A stretch of 56,916 bases of DNA from Planctomycetota bacterium. Its GTDB lineage: Bacteria > Planctomycetota > Planctomycetia > JALXBF01. The stretch spans positions 1 through 56,916 of the forward strand of contig JALXBF010000100.1 of assembly GCA_026991575.1 (NCBI GenBank), written 5' to 3'. Made by a program: the position numbers and the translations under genes. Below are positions 19,084 to 29,137 of the stretch, piece after piece. The notes under the pieces were generated by a model. It saw only the letters and a list, made by a program, of their open reading frames with translations, was not told the DNA's origin and searched no databases. How positions within the stretch are numbered: the first letter of the stretch is position 1; each line of letters begins with the position of its first letter.

Positions 19084-19425
19084 ATGTCGCAGCGCGATTC
19101 ATACCGCGAGCGGTGGCGTCGGTATCGCCGATCGCTGGTGGAAATGTGGCTTGTGCTGGGCCTTTGGGCCGCGGCCGGTCTGTACGCCGTGCCCGTGTCG
19201 TTCTGGCTCGGCCACGGCAAGCGGCCCGAGGAGATCACGTACCCGTTCGGTCTGGGCATCCCGGACTGGGCCTTCTGGGGTGTCTTTGTTCCCTGGGCCG
19301 TCTGCAACGTGATCACCCTCGTGCTTTGCTTCGGTGTTATTGAGGACGTGCCGCTGTCGGAGGTCCGCCCGGTTCGGCCGCCCAAGCAGGGTGATTCCCA
19401 CCGGGATCAGCACTCGGCCAGCTAG
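19084..19425 (+). CDS. Small two-TM membrane protein, DUF997/YhdT-like
   Basis: Two TM segments, GIPDWAFWG and EDVPL motifs; directly upstream of an SSS symporter, as with yhdT-panF. Confidence 0.75.
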   Translation: MSQRDSYRERWRRYRRSLVEMWLVLGLWAAAGLYAVPVSFWLGHGKRPEEITYPFGLGIPDWAFWGVFVPWAVCNVITLVLCFGVIEDVPLSEVRPVRPPKQGDSHRDQHSAS

Positions 19426-19440
19426 GAGGACAAGCTACTC

Positions 19441-21084
19441 ATGCCCCTCGACGACGTGGCACTGCTTGTGTCGTTCGCCTTCTACCTGGCACTGGTGTTT
19501 CTGCTGGCCATCGCCTCACACCGGCTGCTGCAGCGGAAGGAGTTCCTGGGGGAGTACTTTTTGGGCAGTCGCGGTCTGGGCGTGTGGGCGTTTGCGTTCA
19601 CGTTTGCGGCAACCAGTGCTTCGGGCGGCAGCTTCATGGGATTCCCCTCGTTGATCTACCGCAATGGCTGGGTGCTGGCACTGTGGATCGGCAGCTACAT
19701 GGTTGTACCGGTGTGCACGATCGGGTTGTTAGCGAAACGGATCAACGAACTGGGCCGGCGTCTGGAGGCCATCACGATTCCGGACCTGCTTCGTGAGCGG
19801 TTTCAGAGCCCGGCTCTCGGCGTAGCCGGCGGACTGATCACCTTGCTGTTCGTCGCCTTCAACCTTGTGGCGCAGTTCAAGGCGGGGGGGCTGGTGCTGA
19901 AGACGTTGCTCGAAACGGTGCCCGGCTACGGCCAGCTCGTCAACGCGTCGCTGGGCTGGCTCGGCGAGCTGTTCCCGCGGCACGCGCCGGAGCTGGGTCC
20001 CGCTTACTGGGGCGGGCTGCTGGTCTTTTCGCTCATGGTCATCGGCTACACGACCTATGGCGGCTTCCGCGCCGTGGTCTGGACGGACGTCCTGCAAGGG
20101 GTCGCCATGGGTGCCGGCGTGCTGATCCTGTTGCCGTTGGCATTGATCAAGGCCGGGGGCTTGACGGCGGCTACCGCCCAGGTGGCGGCACAGGATCCGA
20201 GCCTGGTGAGCCTGCCCGGCCCCGGTGAGTTCCTGGCGTTTCCGGTGGCGGTTTCTTTCTGGGTGATGTGGGCCATCAGCGGCACGGGTCAGCCGGGCAC
20301 GATGGTCCGACTGATGGCATTCCGAGACAGCAGGACGATGCGCTACGGCATCTTCACGGTCATGGTCTACTACTCCTGCATCTACCTACCCCTGGTCGTG
20401 ATCTTCGTATGTGCTCGTGCCATCGTACCGCTCGGCACCGTCCCAGAGGACCAGATCATGCCGTACATGGCGCGCACGGTTGCACCTGGCTGGCTTGCGG
20501 GCATCTTAATCGCGGCCCCGTTCGCTGCCGTCATGAGCACAGTCGACAGCTTCCTGCTGCTGACCAGCTCTGCCATCGTCCGCGATCTTGTGCAAAAGGT
20601 GCTCAAACCGGACGTGTCCCCGCGCACGGTCAAGGCACTCAGCTACGGCGCGACCGGCCTGATCGGCCTGGCCGCAATGCTGGTGGCCATCGATCCGCCG
20701 CAATTCTTGCAGGACATCATCGTCTTTACCGGATCCGGTCTGGCCTCCTGCTTCCTGATGCCGGTTCTGCTGGGCCTGTACTGGCGCCGTGCCACGGCCA
20801 TCGGTGCATTGGCCGCCATGCTCGGTGGCACGGCCACTCACCTGGCCATGTACCTGCCGGCGTGGATCGACCGTTACCTGGGCGAGGGTCGGGGGGGCAA
20901 CATCGTGCCGCTGCGGCCACTGGGACTGGACGCCGTCGTGTGGGGGCTGCTGGCATCGCTGCTGCTGGGTGTCATCGTCAGCCTCCTGACGCACCCGCCG
21001 CAGCGGTGGCTGATCCGGGAACTGTTCGGTGACCCTCACGAAGCGGAACCCCCGACCGGTGCCGAAGCTCCGCCGAAGAGGTGA
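19441..21084 (+). CDS. Sodium:solute symporter, PanF-like
   Basis: EYFLGSR, SGGSFMGFP, GGFRAVVWTD and AAVMSTVDS motifs; many TM segments. Confidence 0.9.
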   Translation: MPLDDVALLVSFAFYLALVFLLAIASHRLLQRKEFLGEYFLGSRGLGVWAFAFTFAATSASGGSFMGFPSLIYRNGWVLALWIGSYMVVPVCTIGLLAKRINELGRRLEAITIPDLLRERFQSPALGVAGGLITLLFVAFNLVAQFKAGGLVLKTLLETVPGYGQLVNASLGWLGELFPRHAPELGPAYWGGLLVFSLMVIGYTTYGGFRAVVWTDVLQGVAMGAGVLILLPLALIKAGGLTAATAQVAAQDPSLVSLPGPGEFLAFPVAVSFWVMWAISGTGQPGTMVRLMAFRDSRTMRYGIFTVMVYYSCIYLPLVVIFVCARAIVPLGTVPEDQIMPYMARTVAPGWLAGILIAAPFAAVMSTVDSFLLLTSSAIVRDLVQKVLKPDVSPRTVKALSYGATGLIGLAAMLVAIDPPQFLQDIIVFTGSGLASCFLMPVLLGLYWRRATAIGALAAMLGGTATHLAMYLPAWIDRYLGEGRGGNIVPLRPLGLDAVVWGLLASLLLGVIVSLLTHPPQRWLIRELFGDPHEAEPPTGAEAPPKR

Positions 21085-21111
21085 TGTGACCGCCGCTGTG
21101 GGGAGTGTGGC

Positions 21112-23889
21112 TCATGGCTGCGGTTGCGGTGCGGGCGGCTGCGTCTGGGGCAGCTCTGGCATGGGGTCGGGCTGCTCGGGGGCTCCAATCGAGACCGGTC
21201 CTTCAGCTGGCTCCTCCATCGGCAACGGAACCACACCCGTCTCCTGAAGTTCACTGATGTGTTCCAGCACCCACTGGGTACGCTGCGCTTCGATCATCTT
21301 CAGCTGCTCGGCCTCCTCAACACCACGGACGATATGCGGGGTGAGAATGATCAGCAGCTCGCGCTTACGCTGCTGATGCTGCGTGAAGCGGAACAGCTTG
21401 CCCAGGTAGGGCAGGTCGCCCAGCCAGGGAATCTTGCGCACCGTCTCCTGGTCGCGCTTCTGGATTAACCCACCGATGACGATCGTCTGGCCGTCCATGA
21501 CGCTGACGACCGATTCGGCCGTCGTCGTATCGATCCGCGGCGCCTGCTGCGGGATCGTGCCGGTGGGCGTTACGACGGTCTGAACGGTAACCAGCTCCCG
21601 CAACTCGGACACCGTCGGCACCACCCGCATGACGATACGGCCGTCGGGATTGATGATCGGTGTGACCTCAAGGAAGACGCCGATGTCCTGGAACTGAACG
21701 CTGGCGGTGGTCGTCGTCTGCGTCCCAGTTACCTCCGAGACAAACGGAAACTGTTCGCCGACCAGGATACGTGCGCCGGTGCCGTCGAGCGTCATGATCT
21801 GGGGCCGGCTGATTACCTCCAGGCGGCCCTGGCCTTCCAGAGCGCGTAACAGGGCAGCTACCGAGCGTGAGCTGGCGGTTAGCAGCAGGCCCGAGGCGCC
21901 GCCGAGCTCGCTCAGCGAACTGACGCGACCGACGACAAAGTTAGCGAGGGCCTGGCCAGCAACATCCGCGCTGTTGGCCACAGCAGACGCGGAGGCCGAG
22001 TTGCCCAGCGAACCGACCTGCCCGCCCGGCCCGCTGTTGAACAGGAATCCCTGGCCGTCGACGAACACCCCGTTCTCGATCTCACTGCGCTGGAACAACC
22101 GGGTGTCCTGCAGTCCCCACTCGATGCCAAACTCAAACGCGTCCGTGACGTCGAGCTGGGCAATCATGACCTGGATCATCACCTGCGGCTGCAGCGCGTC
22201 CATCTTCTGGATCATCTCCATCACCTCGTCGATGTAACGAGGCGATGCGCTGATGAGCAACATGTTGTTGACCGGCAGCCCCGTGGTAGCGTCCTGAAGT
22301 GGCACCGCCACGACCTCTTGTTCGAGTCGCTGGTACGGGCCGATGAGCTGCTGCTGGCCCACAAGCTGCGCCTGCTGGAATTCGATCTGCCGCTTCAGGT
22401 TGTAGAAGTTGTTCAGAGCGGTGGCCACGTCGGTGGCCCGTACGTTCTTGAGCCGCACGACTCGATTGATCCGCGCCCGCATGTCCACGGTATCCAGCCG
22501 GCGGATGACCGCCTCGATGACATCGACCGCACTCTGTGGCCCCGAGACAAGGAGCGCATTGGTGCGGGCGTCGACCGCGACGCGGACCGCCACCGGGGGG
22601 TTCTCACCCGGAGCCACCGCAATTGGCCGTTGCAGTTGGCCCGCCTGAGCCTGCAAGGCGGCAGCACCACCAAGTGCACCGGCCGAGGCGGCCACCTCGA
22701 TGTCGAACAGCTCTGCCAGCGTCTGCCGCAGATTGGTCGCGTCCGAGTTTTGCAAGAAGAACACCTTGGTGACCGCCTCGATCGTGGGGGGTCGGTCGAG
22801 CTCACGGATGATCGCCGCCAGAAGTTCCATGCTGCTGGACGGGGCAGACACCAGAACACTATTGGTTCGCACTTGCGGCGTGATCCGAATCTCGTCCAGA
22901 ATGCCGGAGTCGATGACCTGCTCCTTGCCGTCCGTTTGGACGAAACGGAGCACCGCGAACCGGCGGGCAATCTGCACCTCGCCGCCCGCGGTCGTCACCG
23001 GCTGGGCTCCGGGCACGGCTGGTGCCGCCGGAGCCGCTGGCGCGGCGGCTGCCTGCAGGGCGCTGTTGAGAATGTCGGCCACTTCCTGGGCCGATGCGTT
23101 CCGCAGCTGGAACACCCGCACCTCGTTGACAACCGGCGCGCGATCCACGTCAAGTCGCTTGATCAGGTCGGCGATCTCCTCCATCAGGTACGGGCTTGCC
23201 TGGACGATCAGCTTATTGGAACGCTCGTCAGCGGTGACCGTTAACCGCTGCGGTCCGGCACCGGCTTGCCCGGTCTGTCCCGGGGCAGCCTGAGCTTGCT
23301 GGCCGTAGAGCTGCTGGATGATGTCTCGGACCTGAGTCGCCGAAGCACGATGTAGCTGGAAGACGCGCACGAACGGTTCGACCGTAGCAGTAACCTCCTC
23401 GATTCGCTGGATCAGCTCAACCAGGTTCTCGATCTCCTCGGGCGACCCGCGCAGGATGATGACACCCGCCTCGTCAATCGCTTCAACTTCGACTCCGGAA
23501 CCGAACGAGGGGGCTTCGGCCTGCGTCCTGCCTTGCAGCGTCGCGCCGGGCCGAGGTCCCGGCGCAGGCTGCTGAGTCTGCTGACCGGCGCCGCCGGCTT
23601 GGCCTGCAGGCTGCTGGGGACCAAGCAGCCCGACACGCGCCACGGCCTTGCGCTCGGGTGCCTGGGCACCGGAGCGAGGCGCGGGGCGGGCGGCCGCGGC
23701 ACGTTGGCTTTGTTGAATCAGGCGGGCAGCACGTTGCGACGGCGCCAGCAGGACCGCGGCTCGCCGCGCAGAACCCGCCCCAGACTGCTCCGCACGCTGC
23801 ATCTGAGCAGCTGCGTCCGTCCATAGACCGGCCAGGAGCGTGAGTCCGACTACGAACTGAGAGCGCCAGCTATACACCATCTGCTCCAC
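21112..23889 (-). CDS. gspD: Type II secretion secretin (half N-domain + 4 N-repeats + C-terminal secretin barrel; no recognisable N0)
   Basis: D.RTN-type N-repeats; PQVMIQ, SRPQIMTLDG, DGQTIVIGGLI, KIPWLGDLPYLGKLFR, RELLIILTPHIV. Confidence 0.9.
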   Translation of the reverse strand: MEQMVYSWRSQFVVGLTLLAGLWTDAAAQMQRAEQSGAGSARRAAVLLAPSQRAARLIQQSQRAAAARPAPRSGAQAPERKAVARVGLLGPQQPAGQAGGAGQQTQQPAPGPRPGATLQGRTQAEAPSFGSGVEVEAIDEAGVIILRGSPEEIENLVELIQRIEEVTATVEPFVRVFQLHRASATQVRDIIQQLYGQQAQAAPGQTGQAGAGPQRLTVTADERSNKLIVQASPYLMEEIADLIKRLDVDRAPVVNEVRVFQLRNASAQEVADILNSALQAAAAPAAPAAPAVPGAQPVTTAGGEVQIARRFAVLRFVQTDGKEQVIDSGILDEIRITPQVRTNSVLVSAPSSSMELLAAIIRELDRPPTIEAVTKVFFLQNSDATNLRQTLAELFDIEVAASAGALGGAAALQAQAGQLQRPIAVAPGENPPVAVRVAVDARTNALLVSGPQSAVDVIEAVIRRLDTVDMRARINRVVRLKNVRATDVATALNNFYNLKRQIEFQQAQLVGQQQLIGPYQRLEQEVVAVPLQDATTGLPVNNMLLISASPRYIDEVMEMIQKMDALQPQVMIQVMIAQLDVTDAFEFGIEWGLQDTRLFQRSEIENGVFVDGQGFLFNSGPGGQVGSLGNSASASAVANSADVAGQALANFVVGRVSSLSELGGASGLLLTASSRSVAALLRALEGQGRLEVISRPQIMTLDGTGARILVGEQFPFVSEVTGTQTTTTASVQFQDIGVFLEVTPIINPDGRIVMRVVPTVSELRELVTVQTVVTPTGTIPQQAPRIDTTTAESVVSVMDGQTIVIGGLIQKRDQETVRKIPWLGDLPYLGKLFRFTQHQQRKRELLIILTPHIVRGVEEAEQLKMIEAQRTQWVLEHISELQETGVVPLPMEEPAEGPVSIGAPEQPDPMPELPQTQPPAPQPQP

Positions 23890-23981
23890 CCGACTGAGCG
23901 CTTAACCTCCACGCACGCCGACAGCTTGCAGTACCCCCGACGCACCGGACCGTTGAGGACGGACGTGACAGCAGGAGGATA

Positions 23982-24006
23982 AGACCGCGCACTAGCGACA
24001 CGTTCC
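23982..24006 (-). promoter_or_regulatory. Putative ECF-sigma promoter of the secretin gene
   Basis: GGAAC-N16-GTCT (GGAACGTGTCGCTAGTGCGCGGTCT); same motif and spacing upstream of gspG. Confidence 0.55.
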
Positions 24007-24083
24007 GACTCTACCGGTTGTATCGACCGTAACGGGAGCGGAGTACACCGTTTCTTGAAGAGCGTGTCAGTCCGCGCGCTGGC

Positions 24084-26678
24084 TCACGAGTGACGGGCCG
24101 CCTGGAGGCCGCGCAAGGTCGCAAGCAACTCATGACGGATACGTTGTAACCGGGCGGCGTCTCGCGGTGGTTCGCCGGACGGCTCGACCACGTAGAAGAC
24201 GTCTACGACTCGCTCACCGTAGGCCGCGATCTTGGCATAGATGATCTCCAGACCTAGAGCGTAGATCGTCCTGGAAAGCCGATACAGCACGCCCGGTGCG
24301 TCCTGAAAGAAGACATCGATCACTGTGTGCTCGGGCGACACGGTCGTGTCGATGCGGACCTCTGGGTCGAAGACGGCCGCGGCGCTCCGGCGGCGCATCA
24401 CAAGCGGGGCGTTCTTCAGGAGTCGCTCCGGGTCGGACGCCTCATGGATTGCCGCCAACACGGCACCGCGAACCCGACGTTGACGCACCGGCGTAACGTC
24501 CTCCACAAGGTCATAGACCGTGAACCGATCCACGACGCTACCATCTGGAAGCGTGGTAATGCGTGCGTCGATCACCGACGTGCCCGCCACGTACAGACCG
24601 GTGACGATGTCGGCAAAGAGGCGTGGTCGGTTGTACGCGTAGACGGTGACCCGATGCAACCGAGGCCGCACCGCTTCAACCAACACCTCGACCGACCGCC
24701 GTGACAACTGGCCGAGCCGCACGTAATCCTCCAGCACGTTCTCGGGCGTGGTCCCCAGTAGGTATGACGGCGGCAAGCTGGCCACCCACTGCACGAACTT
24801 CTCACCACGATCGCGGCCGAGGGCCAGGAGCTCCTGACGCCGCCGCTGCACCAGCCCGGACATGGTCAGCTCGTCGGCAAGCAGGGCACGTAGCCGCCGG
24901 TAGGTCTGCTCCAGCAGGGCCATCTTCCACTCGGTCATCCGACCCGGGCCGGCGGCGCGAATGTCACAGACGGTCAGCACGTAGAGCAGGTCCAGCCGCT
25001 CGGCCGTTCCAACCTTTCGCGCGACATCGGCCAACGTCGCCGGATGCTCAATGTCCCGGCGAAAGGCCGTCTGGGACAGCAGCAAGTGATGTGTGACCAG
25101 GAACACCAGGAGCTCGGTCTCATGGGGACCCAACTGGAAACGGTGTGCGATGCCCCGGGCAATGTCGCCTCCAACGACGCAGTGCTCATCACGATAGCCT
25201 TTGCCCAGGTCATGGATGAGCAGCGCCAGGTGTAAGAGCTGCTTGTGTGGCAGTGCCCGGTAGACGTCGGCCACTGTAGACTGCTCGTTGGCCAGAGCCG
25301 CTGCCTGCTCCACTGCCACGATGCTGTGCTCGTCGACTGTGTACTCGTGGTACTCGGTAAAGTGCACAAGCCCACGGACGTGCTCCCACTCGGGCATCAG
25401 CCGCGACAGAACCCCGGTCGCGTTGGCCAGGCGGAGCAGCGTCCCCAACGCGCGGTTACCGCGTAACAGGGCCCAGAACGCGCGCCGGCCAGGCAGTCGG
25501 TCGGTGTCAGGCAATGTCGGTGCGCGGAGCAGTTCGCGCAGCAGCTCAGCCCCGAGCTCCAGCCGCTGCTCGGCGGCCAGCCTCAGCAGCTCCACCTGCG
25601 CGGTCAGGTCGGCCCGAGCCTGGCGGAGCGCGGCAGGGTGCGTGGGGACCAGCAGGTTGCGGTACACGCCGAGCGGTAGCTCGACAGCCGGCAGCGGCCG
25701 CACGGCCGACTGGGTTGGGGCTGCCAGGAACGCTGCCACCCGACGCACAACGTTTGCAACCTGATGCATCGACCGGTATACGGCGCGCATCAGCTTCTCA
25801 ACCCCCCGGCTCTGGGCGCTGTCGCGGTAGCCGAGCCGTTCGGCAATGGCCACCTGGACATCGCGGTCGAGTCGGTTGGTCGCCGATCCCCGCAGCAGAT
25901 GCAGCCACCAGCGCAGCGACCACAGGAGGCGTTCGGCTTCGCCGAGTGCCAGCGCATCCTCTTGCACGAACACCTGTTCGTCCAGTGCCTGGGCCAACGG
26001 CGTACCGTGCACGAGGGTGCGGAACCAGCCAATGCGGTGAACGTCGCGTAGGCCGCCGGCCCCTTCCTTCAAGTCGGGCACCAGGATGTGCACCGGGGGA
26101 TAGCTCGGTCGGTTGAGGACCTCTTGTGCAAGCCGGTACAGCTGCTGCCGGATCCACCGCTTGCCCGGCCAACGGCCGATGCGGCCACGGAGGCGCGCGA
26201 ACAGCGAGCGGTCGCCGTGGAGATACCTGGCCGACAGCACGTTTGTCAGGCAGGACAGATCGGCGCGGGCCATACGCTCGCAGTCGCGCACCGTCCTTGT
26301 CGCCACGCCGACGCTGAGCCCATTGTCCCAGAGCGTCGGCACCAGGGCCCGCGCAAGCTGCTCGGCCCGCCGCCTGCCGGCGTAGCCGTGGAGCAAGAGG
26401 AGATCAACGTCAGAGCCGGGCGCAAGCTGGCACCGTCCAAAGCCGCCCACGGCCACCAGAGCAACCCCCCGCCAGTCCTCCAACAGCCTGCGTGCCTCGG
26501 CCACAATGTGTTCGTCGGCACGCTGTGCCAGTGCCCGGGCCAGCTCCAGGCCGCACTGCCCGTCGGCCAAACGCGGCGCTAGCGATATGCAGAACCTCTC
26601 CCATGGCCGGCCCGCTTTCGCATGCAAGCCGATCGGTGTGAGGGGGCCCGTTGCGTTTCGGTGCGCGCTACAGCTCAT
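24084..26678 (-). CDS. glnD: PII uridylyltransferase / uridylyl-removing enzyme
   Basis: AVGGFGR..LAPGSDVD nucleotidyltransferase motif, DLKEGAGGLRD, YTVDEH, HDLGKG (HD domain), two ACT domains; start uncertain. Confidence 0.92.
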   Translation of the reverse strand: MSCSAHRNATGPLTPIGLHAKAGRPWERFCISLAPRLADGQCGLELARALAQRADEHIVAEARRLLEDWRGVALVAVGGFGRCQLAPGSDVDLLLLHGYAGRRRAEQLARALVPTLWDNGLSVGVATRTVRDCERMARADLSCLTNVLSARYLHGDRSLFARLRGRIGRWPGKRWIRQQLYRLAQEVLNRPSYPPVHILVPDLKEGAGGLRDVHRIGWFRTLVHGTPLAQALDEQVFVQEDALALGEAERLLWSLRWWLHLLRGSATNRLDRDVQVAIAERLGYRDSAQSRGVEKLMRAVYRSMHQVANVVRRVAAFLAAPTQSAVRPLPAVELPLGVYRNLLVPTHPAALRQARADLTAQVELLRLAAEQRLELGAELLRELLRAPTLPDTDRLPGRRAFWALLRGNRALGTLLRLANATGVLSRLMPEWEHVRGLVHFTEYHEYTVDEHSIVAVEQAAALANEQSTVADVYRALPHKQLLHLALLIHDLGKGYRDEHCVVGGDIARGIAHRFQLGPHETELLVFLVTHHLLLSQTAFRRDIEHPATLADVARKVGTAERLDLLYVLTVCDIRAAGPGRMTEWKMALLEQTYRRLRALLADELTMSGLVQRRRQELLALGRDRGEKFVQWVASLPPSYLLGTTPENVLEDYVRLGQLSRRSVEVLVEAVRPRLHRVTVYAYNRPRLFADIVTGLYVAGTSVIDARITTLPDGSVVDRFTVYDLVEDVTPVRQRRVRGAVLAAIHEASDPERLLKNAPLVMRRRSAAAVFDPEVRIDTTVSPEHTVIDVFFQDAPGVLYRLSRTIYALGLEIIYAKIAAYGERVVDVFYVVEPSGEPPRDAARLQRIRHELLATLRGLQAARHS

Positions 26679-26776
26679 GTGGGTCGGTTACCGGTGGCGC
26701 GGCGACCACACGGTGGTGGCTCGAGCGGCCATCGGGCTCTCCGTCTGTACAGCGGCCGTTGGCTATGCAGGCGCAA

Positions 26777-26812
26777 CGGGACACGAATGACGCAACGGCC
26801 ATTCGTGTCCCG
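26777..26812 (-). terminator. Strong intergenic hairpin between the PII gene and glnD
   Basis: Perfect 13-bp inverted repeat CGGGACACGAATG/CATTCGTGTCCCG; no long U tract. Confidence 0.6.
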
Positions 26813-26839
26813 AGCAAGCACGGGAAGGATCTGGTGGGC

Positions 26840-27187
26840 CTAGAGGGCGGTCGGGCCACGCTCCCCGGTCCGGATCCGCACGGCCTCGTCCAGCGTGGTC
26901 ACGAAGATCTTGCCATCGCCGATCTGGCCGGTCCGCGCCGCGCTCAGGAGCGTCTCAATCACATCGTCCAGCAGTTCGTCCGGGATAGCCACCTCGATCT
27001 TGAGCTTCGGCACGAAGTCCACAATGTACTCCGCGCCCCGGTACTGCTCCTTGTGCCCTTTCTGGCGGCCAAACCCCTTGACCTCAGTGACCGTCATCCC
27101 CTGGACACCGACCCGCTGCAACGCCTCTTTGACATCGTCGAGTTTGTAGTGCCGGATGATCGCTTCCACTTTCTTCATCGTGGTCAC
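26840..27187 (-). CDS. glnK: Nitrogen regulatory protein PII (GlnK/GlnB)
   Basis: [14 protein letters not shown] (T-loop Tyr), [11 protein letters not shown]; named glnK because of linkage to amtB. Confidence 0.93.
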   Translation of the reverse strand: MTTMKKVEAIIRHYKLDDVKEALQRVGVQGMTVTEVKGFGRQKGHKEQYRGAEYIVDFVPKLKIEVAIPDELLDDVIETLLSAARTGQIGDGKIFVTTLDEAVRIRTGERGPTAL

Positions 27188-27223
27188 TCCACGTGTCGTG
27201 CCACTGCCTGAACCTACGCTCGA

Positions 27224-28885
27224 TCACTTGCCCGCCCCGGCAGGTTCCGGAGCCGCTGCTGTAGTGCCTGCACCGCCGCCGACCGGGGGAGCATGCAGTG
27301 CGTGTGCCGGCTCGGCCGGATAGGCTTCCATGCCCATCTCGCTGATGTCCAGCCCGACGCGCTCCACTTCGGGCTCGACCCGCAGGCCGATCGTCGCCTT
27401 GATCACGGCCCAGGCAGCGAACGAAACCACGAGGGTGAACGCACCGACGGCAACCACGCCCAGCAGCTGCGTGCCCAGTAGCGCCAACCCCCCGCCGTAG
27501 AACAGCCCATCAGCCCCGCCACCGGGCGACGCACTCGTGGCAAATAGACCAACAGCCAACGTACCCCAGATCCCGTTGACCAGGTGCACCGACAGCGCAC
27601 CGACGGGGTCATCTATCCGGAGTCGATCAAAACCGATCACACCGAACACGACCAGTACCCCGGCAATCAGTCCGATGAACACCGATGCCAACGGCGTCAC
27701 GAATGCGCACGGCGCGGTAATCGCCACCAGCCCGGCCAGAGCCCCGTTGACCGTCATGCTGAAGTCCGGCTTGCCAAGCAGCAGCCACGCGGTCACGGTG
27801 GCCGAAACCAGCCCGGCGGCACATGCCAAGTTCGTCGTCACCACGACATGGCTGATGCCGCCAACGTCCGCCGCCATGAAACTGCCCGGGTTGAACCCGA
27901 ACCAGCCAAGCCACAGGATCATGCCGCCCAGAAAAGCCAGCGCCATGCTGTGACCGGGTATCGGCTGCACTTTTCCGTCGCGAGCGTACTTGCCCATGCG
28001 AGGCCCGAGCAACAGAATGCCGGCCAGGCCTGCCCAGCCGCCGACCGAGTGCACGACGGTGCTGCCGGCAAAGTCCTGAAACGGCACGCTCAGACTACCC
28101 AGCCAACCGCCCCCCCAGATCCAGTGGCCCGTGATCGGGTACGACAGCGCAACGAGGAAGACGGTGAAGACCATGTAGGAGTGGTAGTGGATTCGCTCGG
28201 CCACACAGCCAGAGACGATCGTGGCAGCCGTCGCGGCAAAGACCAGCTGGAAGAAGAACTTCGCCAGCAGTGGCAGGCGGGCCCACGCCAGCGAAGCAAA
28301 CGGCCCCCAGTAGTAGCTACCTGCGGCGTAGTGCTTCTCAAAGACCTTGCCGTCCGGAAGATCGAGCCGCACGGTCGCATCGCCGCCCGATTGCTCATAC
28401 TGGGCCGCCACCTCCGCCACACGCTCAGCCAGTGCTGCGTACCTGGCGTCCGACAGATCGATGCCGTATTCGGCCTTCAGGTCCTCAGCGATTCGTTCGG
28501 CCAGCGTCTGTGTGGCCGGACTGCCATCGGCCGGCACGAACCAACCGCTCAGTCCCATGAACGCGTTGCCGTTACCGAACATGAGTGCAAAACCGACGGC
28601 CCAGAATACGAGGCTGGAGATGCCGAAGACGACGAAGTTCTTGCCCAGGATGTTGACAGCGTTTTTCGCCCGGCAGAATCCGGCCTCCACGCAGCCGAAG
28701 CCGGCATTCATCCAGAAAACCAGGAACGCGGCAACCAGCACCCAGACTGTGTCGACCATGAGCTGAACGTCTGGTGCCGAACCGCTTTGCTCTTGGGCCC
28801 AACCAGCGTTACCAAGGCCTGCCAGAGTCGCTGCGGTCAGCAAGGACAGGAAGGCAAACTTGAGCAAGACTCGTTGACGCCCCAT
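27224..28885 (-). CDS. amtB: Ammonium transporter
   Basis: DFAGSTVVH, WLGWFGFNPGS, NGALAGLVAIT, DDPVGALSVH; both pore His residues present. Confidence 0.96.
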   Translation of the reverse strand: MGRQRVLLKFAFLSLLTAATLAGLGNAGWAQEQSGSAPDVQLMVDTVWVLVAAFLVFWMNAGFGCVEAGFCRAKNAVNILGKNFVVFGISSLVFWAVGFALMFGNGNAFMGLSGWFVPADGSPATQTLAERIAEDLKAEYGIDLSDARYAALAERVAEVAAQYEQSGGDATVRLDLPDGKVFEKHYAAGSYYWGPFASLAWARLPLLAKFFFQLVFAATAATIVSGCVAERIHYHSYMVFTVFLVALSYPITGHWIWGGGWLGSLSVPFQDFAGSTVVHSVGGWAGLAGILLLGPRMGKYARDGKVQPIPGHSMALAFLGGMILWLGWFGFNPGSFMAADVGGISHVVVTTNLACAAGLVSATVTAWLLLGKPDFSMTVNGALAGLVAITAPCAFVTPLASVFIGLIAGVLVVFGVIGFDRLRIDDPVGALSVHLVNGIWGTLAVGLFATSASPGGGADGLFYGGGLALLGTQLLGVVAVGAFTLVVSFAAWAVIKATIGLRVEPEVERVGLDISEMGMEAYPAEPAHALHAPPVGGGAGTTAAAPEPAGAGK

Positions 28886-28954
28886 GGACTAGAACTCCTC
28901 GGTTCGTACCCGACTGCCCAACATTAGCGCAGCATCTGAACACATCGCCCCTTT

Positions 28955-28970
28955 AGCAAGCTGCGCGCCA
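28955..28970 (-). promoter_or_regulatory. Sigma54 (-24/-12) promoter of amtB-glnK-glnD
   Basis: TGGCGCGCAGCTTGCT fits GG-N10-GC and lies about 70 nt upstream of the amtB ATG. Confidence 0.8.
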
Positions 28971-29120
28971 CAGCGGCGGACGCAGCAAGCGGCGAGCGCT
29001 ATACCGACGTAACAACCTTTCAATAAACCAGATAGGTGATGCCTAGCAAATTCCCGGTCTCGCCTGCCATAAGCACGGCGTCCCTTCCGGTGGTCCTGAT
29101 GCCAAGATGCCGCGCTTGCG

Positions 29121-29137
29121 TGCACAAGATTTAGGCA
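29121..29137. promoter_or_regulatory. Putative NtrC-type enhancer site
   Basis: TGCACAAGATTTAGGCA resembles TGCAC-N7-GTGCA, about 150 nt upstream of the sigma54 site. Confidence 0.55.

Noticed and set aside
27584..28927. 447-aa ORF antisense to amtB, and similar shadow ORFs such as 681-1649, 22318-23244 and 12726-13691
   Set aside because: They lie opposite well-supported genes, show no motifs, and are expected in high-GC DNA.
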